Shown piece by piece: positions 56,501 to 64,000 of a stretch of 64,000 nucleotides of DNA. The notes below the pieces were generated by a model. That model did not search any database. It worked only from the letters and a program-made list of their open reading frames with translations, and had not been told where the DNA came from. The stretch is from the human T2T-CHM13v2.0 reference genome, Homo sapiens. Each line of letters opens with the position of its first letter. Position 1 is the first letter of the stretch. Where the stretch lies: NCBI RefSeq assembly GCF_009914755.1, contig NC_060931.1; one strand, 5' to 3'. The translations under genes were made by a program, and so were the position numbers.

Positions 56501-59500
56501 ATTCCATTATATTCCATTCCATTCAACTGTGGTTGATTCCATTCCATTCCATTCCATTCCACTCGGGTTGATTCCATTCCATTTCATTCCATTCCATGCC
56601 ACACGGGTTGATTTCTTTCCATTCCATTCCAATGCATTCCATTCCGTTACACTCGGTTTTTTTGCAATCCATTCCATTCCATTCCATTCAATTCCAATCC
56701 ATTCGACTCTGGTTGATTCCAATCCATTCCAATTCATTCCATTCCATTCCACTCGGGTTGATTCCTTTCCATTCCATTCCATTCCACACAAGTTGATTCC
56801 ATTCCATTCCATTCCTTTCCATTCCATTCCATTCCATTCCATTCCATTCCATTCCATTCCATTCCACTCGGTTTGATTCCATTCCTTTCCATTCCGTTCC
56901 ATTCCTTTCAAATCCATTCCATTCGCCTGTGGTTGATTCCATTCAATTCCACTCCATTCCACTCGAGTTGATTTCATTTCATTACAGTACATTCCTTTAC
57001 ATTTCACATGGGTTGATTCCGTTCCACTCTTCCATTCCATTCCATTCCATTGCATGCCATTCCAATCTTGTTGATTCCTTTACATTACATGCCACTCCAT
57101 TCCATTCCACTCAGGTTTATTCCATTCCATACCATTCCATTCCATTCCATTCCATTCCATTCCATTCCATTCCATTCCTTTCCATTCCATGCCATACCAC
57201 TCGGGTTGATTCCATTCCATTCCATTCCATTCCATTCCGTCCCATTCCATTCCACTTGGGTTGATTACATTCAATTGCATTTCATTCCATTCAATTGCAT
57301 TCCATCTCATTCCATTCCATTTGATTCCATTCCATTGCATTCCATTCCATTTGTTTACAATCCATTCCATTCCACTCCACTCCATTTCATTCCGTTCCAT
57401 TCCATTCCATTCCACTTAGGTTGATTCCATTCCATTCTATTCCATTCCATTGCATTCCATTCCACTCGTTTTCATTCCATTCCATTAAATTCCATTCCCT
57501 TGCATTCCATTCCATTCAACTCCATTCCATTCCATTCCATTCCACTCAAGTAGATTCCATTCCTTTCCAATCCTTTCCATTCCATTCCTTTCCAATCCTT
57601 TCCATTCCATTCCATTCCATTCCATTACATTCCATTACATTACATTACATTACCTACCATTCCATTCCTCTCGGGATGATTCCATTCTTTTCCATTCCAT
57701 TCCTTTCCATTCCATTGCATTCCATTCCACTCCATTCCATGCCACTCGGGTTGATTCCATTCCACTCCAATCCATGCCACTCAGGTTTATTCCATTCCAT
57801 TCCATTCCATTCCACTTGGGTTGATTCCATTCCATTCCATTACATTCCATTCTATTCCATTTCATTGCATTCCATTCCATTCCATTCCATTCCATTCCAT
57901 TCCATTCCATTCCATTCCACTTGGGTTGATTCCATTCCATTCCTTTCCATTCCATTCCCTTCCATTCCATTGCATTGCATTCCATTCCACACCATTCCAT
58001 TCCATTCCATTCCATTCCATTCCATTCAATTCCATTCCACTTGGGTTGATTCCATTCCATTTCATTCCATCCTATTCCATTCCATTCCACTTGGATTGAT
58101 TGCATTCCATTTTACTCCATTCCATTCAATTGCATTCCATTCCATTCCATTCCATTCCATTGCATTCCATTCTATTGCATTCCATTCCAGTTGATTCCAT
58201 TCCTTTCCATTCCATTCCACTACAGTCCACTCTATTACATTCCATTCAGGTTAATACCATCCCATTCCATTCCATTCCATTCCATTCCATTCCATTCCAT
58301 TCCACTCGGGTTGATTCCATTCCATTCCATTCCATTCCATTCCATTCCATTCCATTCCATTCCATTCCATTCCACACCAGTTGATTCAATTCCATTCCAT
58401 TCCTTTCCATTCCATTCGACACGAGTTGATTCCATTCAATTCCATACCATTCCATTCCATTCCATTCCATTCCTTTCCATTCCATTCGACACGAGTTGAT
58501 TCCATTCAATTCCATACCATTCCATTCCATTCCATTCCATTCCATTCCATTCCATTCCATTCCATTCCTTTCCACTCGGTTTGATTCCATTCCATTCCAT
58601 TCCATTCAATTCGATTCCATTCGACTGTGGTTGATTCCATTCAATTCCACTCCATTCCACTGGGTTGATTTCATTCCATTCCAGTCCATTCCTTTACATT
58701 TCACATAGGTTGATTCCATTCCACTCTTCCATTCCATTCCATTCCATGCCATTCCACTCTTGTACATTCCATTGCATTCCATTCCACTCCATTCCATTCC
58801 ACTCAGGTTGATTCCATTCCATTCCATTCCATTCCATTCCTTTCCATTCCATGCCATTCCACTAGGGTTGATTCCATTCCATTCCATTCCATTCCATTCC
58901 ATTCCATTCCATTTCATTCCATTCCATTCCATTCCACTTGGGTTGATTACATTCAATTGCATTTCATTCGATTGAATTACATTCCATACCATTCCATTCC
59001 ATTTGATTCCATTCCATTGCATTCCATTGCATTTGATTCCAATCCATTCCATTCCATTGCACTGCATTGCATTCCCTTCCAATCCATTCCACTTAGGTTG
59101 ATTCCATTCCATTCTATTCCATACGATTGCATTCCATTCCACTCGTTTTGATTCCATTCCATTAAATTCCATTCCCTTCCATTCCATTCCAATCAAGTCC
59201 ATTCCATTCCATTCCATTCCACTCAAGTAGATTCCATTCCTTTCCAATCCATTCCATTCCATTCCATTCCATTCCATTCCATTCCATTCCATTACATTAC
59301 AATACATTACATTACATTACCTACCATTCCATTCCTCTCGGGTTGATTCCATTCCTTTCCATTCCATTCCTTTCCATTCCATTGCATTCCATTCCACTCC
59401 ATTCCATGCCACTCGGGTTGATTCCATTCCACTCCAATCCATGCCACTCAGTTTGATTCCATTCCATTCCATTCCACTTGGGTTGATTCCATTCCATTCC

Positions 59501-62500
59501 ATTCCATTCCCTTGTATTCTATTTCATTGCATTCCATTCCATTCCATTCCATTCCACTTGGGTTGATTCCATTCCATTCCTTTCCATTCTATTCCCTTCC
59601 ATTCCATTGCATTGCATTCCATTCCATTCCATTGAATTCCATTCCATTCCATTCCACTTTGGTTGATTACAATCCATTCCATTCCATTCCATTCCTCTCC
59701 GTTTCAATACTTTACATTGCATTCTTTTCCATTCCTTTTGATTCCATTCCTTTCCCCTCGGTTTGATTCAATTACATTCCATTCCATTCCTTTCCATTCC
59801 ATTCCCTTCCATTCCATTCCATTCCATTCCATTATATTCCATTCCATTCATCTCTGGTTGCTTCCATTCCCTTCCATTCCATTCCACTCGGGTTGATTCC
59901 ATTCTATTCCATTCCATTCCATTCCATTCCATTCCATTCCATTCCACACGGGTTGATTCCTTTCCATTCCATTTCATTCCACTCGGTTTGTTTGCAATCC
60001 ATTCCATTCTATTCCATTCAATTCCAATCCATTCGACTCTGGTAGATTCCATTCCATTCCAATCCATTCCATTCCATTCCACTCGTGTTGATTCCATACC
60101 TTTCCATTCCATTCCATTCCATTCCATTCCATTCCATTCCACTCCATTCCATTCCATTCCACTCGCCTCTTGTTGTTTCCATTCCATTCCGTTACATGCC
60201 ATTCCTTTCCATTCCACTTGATTTGATTCCATTCCATTCCAATCCATTCCATTCCATTCCATTCCTCTCCTTTCCAATAATATCCATTCCATTCCATTCC
60301 ATTCCATTCCTTTTGATTCCATTCCTTTCCCCTCGGTTTGCTTCAATTACATTCCATTCCATTCCTTTCCATTCCATTCCATTCCATTATATTCCATTCC
60401 ATTCAACGCGGGTTGCTTCCATTCCCTTCCATTCCATTCCACTCGGGTTGACTCCATTCTATTCTATTCCATTCCATTCCATTCCATTCCATTCCATTCC
60501 ATTCCATTCCATTCCATTCCATTCCACACGGGTTGATTCCTTTCCATTCCATTCCACTCCATTCCACTCGGTTTGTTTGCAATCCATTCCATTCCATTCC
60601 ATTCAATTCCAATCCATTCGACTCTGGTAGATTCCATTCCATTCCAATCCATTCCATTCCATTCCACTCGTGTTGATTCCATACCTTTCTATTCCGTTCC
60701 ATTCCATTCCACACGGGTTGATTCCCTTGCATCCCTTTCCATTCCATTCTATTCCGTTCCATTCTATTCCATTGCATTCCTTTCCATTCCATTCCGTTAC
60801 ACTCGGGTTGATTCTCTTCCATTCCATTAAATTCCATTCCACTACATTCCACTCCCCTCAGGTTGATTCCATTCCATTCCATTCCATTCCATTCAACTCT
60901 GGTAGATTCCATTCCATTCCGTTCCAATCCCTTCCATTCCATTCCACTCGCGTTGATTCCATTCCATTCTATTCCATTCCAAACCTTTCCATTCCATGCC
61001 ATTCCATTCCATTCCATTCCATTCCACTCGGGATGATTCAATTCCATTCCAATCCATTGCATTCCATTCCATTCCATTCCATTCCATTCCAATCCATTCC
61101 ATTCCATTCCACTTGGGTTGATTCCATTCCATTCCATTCCACTCCATTCCATTCCATTCCATTCCATTCCACTCCATTCCATTCCATTCCATTCCATTCC
61201 ATTCCATTCCACTCCATTCCAATATTTTCCATTCCATTCCATTTGATTCCATTCCTTTCCACTCGGGTTCACTCAATTTCATTCCTTTCCATTCCTTACA
61301 ATTCCATTCCATTATATTCCATTCCATTCAACTGCGGTTGATTCCATTCCATTCCATTCCATTCCATTCCACTCGGGTTGATTCCATTCCATTCCATTCC
61401 ATTCCATGCCACACGGGTTGATTCCTTCCCATTCCATTCCAATGCATTCCATTCCGTTACACTCTGATTTTTTGCAATCCATTCTATTCAATTCCAATCC
61501 ATTCGACTCTGGTTGATTCCATTCCTTTCCAATTCATTCCATTCCATTCCACTCGGGTTGATTCCATTCCATTCCATTCCATTCCACACCAGTTGATTCA
61601 ATTCCATTCCATTCCTTTCCATTCCATTCGACACGAGTTGATTCCATTCCTTTCCATTCCATTCCATTCCATTCAATTCCATTCCATTCCATTCCATTCC
61701 ATTCCTTTCCACTCGGTTTGATTCCATTCCTTTCCATTCCATTCCATTCCATTCAATTCCATTCCATTCCCCTGTGGTTGATTCCATTCAATTCCACTCC
61801 ATTCCACTTGGGTTGATTTCATTCCATTCCTGTCCATTCCTTTACATTTCACACTCTTCTGTTCCATTCCATTCCATGCCTTTCCACTCTTGTACATTCC
61901 ATTACATTCCATTCCACTCCATTCCATTCCACTCAGGTTGATTCCATTCCATTCCATTCCTTTCCATTCCATGCCATTCCACTGGGGTTGATTCCATTCC
62001 ATTCCATTCCATTCCATTCCATTCCATTCCATTCCATTCCATTCCACTTGGGTTGATTACATTCAATTGCATTTCATTCCATTGAATTACATTCCATCCC
62101 ATTCCATTCCATTTGATTCCATTCCATTGCATTCCATTCCATTTGATTCCAATCCATTCCATTCCATTCCACTCCATTGCATTCCGTTCCATTCCATTCC
62201 ATTCCACATAGGTTGATTCCATTCCATTCTATTCCATACCATTGCATTCCATTCCACTCGTTTTGATTCCATTCCATTAAATTCCATTCCCTTCCATTCC
62301 ATTCCAATCAAGTCCATTCCATTCCATTCCATTCCACTCAAGTAGATTCCATTCCTTTCCAATCCATTCCATTCCATTCCATTCCATTCCATTACATTAC
62401 ATTACCTACCATTCCATTCCTCTCGGGTTGATTCCATTCCTTTCCATTCCATTCCTTTCCATTCCATTGCATTCCATTCCACTCCATTCCATGCCACTCG

Positions 62501-64000
62501 CGTTGATTCCATTCCACTCCAATCCATGCCACTCAGTTTGATTCCATTCCATTCCATTCCACTTGGGTTGATTCCATTCCATTCCATTCCATTCCCTTGT
62601 ATTCCATTTCATTGCATTCCATTCCATTCCATTCCATTCCACTTGGGGTGATTCTATTCCATTCCTTTAAATTCCATTCCCTTCCATTCCATTACATTGC
62701 ATTCCATTCCATTCCATTGCATTCCATTCCATTCCATTCCACTTGGGTTGATTCCAATCCATTCCATTCCATCCCATTCCATTCCAGTCCACTTGGGTTG
62801 ATTCCAATCCATTTTATTCCATTCCATTCAATTGCATTCCATTCCATTCCATTCCATTCCATTCCATTCCATTGCATTCCATTCCATTGCATTGCATTCC
62901 ATTCCATTCCATTGCATTCCATTCCATTCCATTCCACTTGGGTTGATTCCAATCCATTTTATTCCATTCCATTAAATTGCATTCCATTCCATTCCATTCC
63001 ATTGCATTCTATTCTATTGCATTCCATTCCAGTTGATTCCATTCCTTTCCATTCCATTCCACTACATTCCACTCCATTCCATTCCATTCGGGTTTATACC
63101 ATCCCATTCCATTCCATTCCATTCCATTCCATTCCATTCCATTCCACTCAGGTTGATTCCATTCCATTGCATTCCATTCCGCTCCATTCCATTCCATTCC
63201 TCTCCATTCCATTCCATTCCACTCGACTCTTGTTGGTTCCATTCCATTCCATTACATGCCATTCCTTACCATTCCACTTGATTTGATTCCATTCCATTCC
63301 AATCCATTCCATTCCATTCCATTCCTCTCCTTTCCAATACTTTACTTTGCATTCCTTTCCATTCCTTTTGATTCCATTCCTTTCCCCTCGGTTTGATTCA
63401 ATTACATTCCATTCCATTCCTTTCCATTCCATTCCATTCCATTCCATTCCATTATATTCCATTCCATTCAACTCGGGTTGCTTCCATTCCCTTCCATTCC
63501 ATTCCACACGGGTTGATTCCATTCTATTCCATTCCATTCCATTCCATTCCATTCCACACGGGTTGATTCCTTTGCATTCCATTCCATTCCATTCCATTCC
63601 ACTCGGTTTGTTTGCAATCCATTCCATTCCATTCCATTCAATTCCAATCCATTCGACTCTGGTAGATTCCATTCCATTCCAATCCATTCCATTCCATTCC
63701 ACTCGTGTTGATTCCATACCTTTCCATTCCGTTCCATTCCATTCCACACGGGTTGATTCCCTTGCATCCCTTTCCATTCCATTCTATTGCGTTCCATTCT
63801 ATTCCATTGCATTCCTTTCCATTCCATTCCATTACACTCGGGTTGATTCTATTCCATTCCATTAAATTCCATTCCACTACATTCCACTCCCCTCAGGTTG
63901 ATTCCATTCCATTCCATTCCATTCCATTCAACTCTGGTTGATTCCATTCCATTCCGTTCCAATCCCTTCCATTCCATTCCACTCGCGTTGATTCCATTCC
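50600..64000. repeat. Modular higher-order repeat domain with six marked units of variable length
   Basis: Landmark tacctaccattccattcctctcggg at 50881, 52533, 53889, 57651, 59318 and 62403, each preceded by cactcaagtagattcc. A second landmark, attcccttgcatccc, sits at 55971, 60721 and 63756. Confidence 0.9.
50848..50882. repeat. (CATTA)7 variant-pentamer microsatellite
   Basis: Seven consecutive CATTA units directly before cctacc. Confidence 0.9.

Larger units (their letters stand above)
1..64000. repeat. Satellite III (HSat3) array, diverged (CATTC)n/(GAATG)n pentamer satellite
   Basis: Continuous ATTCC/GGAAT pentamers from end to end. The decamer ACTCGGGTTG (C-strand) or CAACCCGAGT (G-strand), or a variant of it, recurs roughly every 40-150 bp, matching the classical Satellite III signature. 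Confidence 0.97.
43554..64000 (-). repeat. HSat3 block 5: C-rich on +, decamer-containing, runs off the window end
   Basis: ATTCC repeats with ACTCGGGTTG/ACTTGGGTTG decamers from 43554 to 64000. Confidence 0.95.

Noticed and set aside
1-64000. Hundreds of ORFs encoding MEWNG or IPFHS repeats
   Set aside because: A 5-bp repeat without stop codons gives 5-residue periodic ORFs in all six frames. There is no domain content and no evidence of coding function.
1-64000. CRISPR-like pattern of a recurring decamer with spacers
   Set aside because: The 'spacers' are the same pentamer repeat with very variable length, there are no cas genes, and the context is eukaryotic satellite.
1-64000. Alpha satellite, CENP-B boxes, telomeric repeats or canonical G-quadruplex motifs
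   Set aside because: No 171-bp monomers, TTAGGG arrays or clustered GGG tracts were seen.

Overview
The whole 64 kb window is classical Satellite III (HSat3) of human or great-ape pericentromeric heterochromatin: a diverged (CATTC/GAATG)n pentamer array punctuated by the ACTCGGGTTG/CAACCCGAGT decamer. I see no genes, RNA genes, transposons or unique sequence. Every listed ORF is an artefact of a pentamer that has no stop codon in any frame (MEWNG/IPFHS). The interest lies in the architecture. (1) Four strand switches (~11965, ~32850, ~33537, ~43552) split the array into five orientation blocks. (2) The switches at 32850 and 43552 are diverged paralogous copies of one inversion breakpoint, 10.7 kb apart. 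(3) A ~3.1 kb decamer-free island rich in GACTCG/ATCG (HSat3A/DYZ1-like, 33538-~36630) begins exactly at a switch. (4) Each large block has its own higher-order duplications: ~1.5-2.1 kb overlapping units, a ~6.8 kb dimeric unit, and a 1.4-3.8 kb modular unit with an internal VNTR and a variable (CATTA)n tract. Coordinates were read by eye from landmark motifs, so block edges are approximate and no identities were computed. Species, chromosome and subfamily cannot be fixed without a database comparison.
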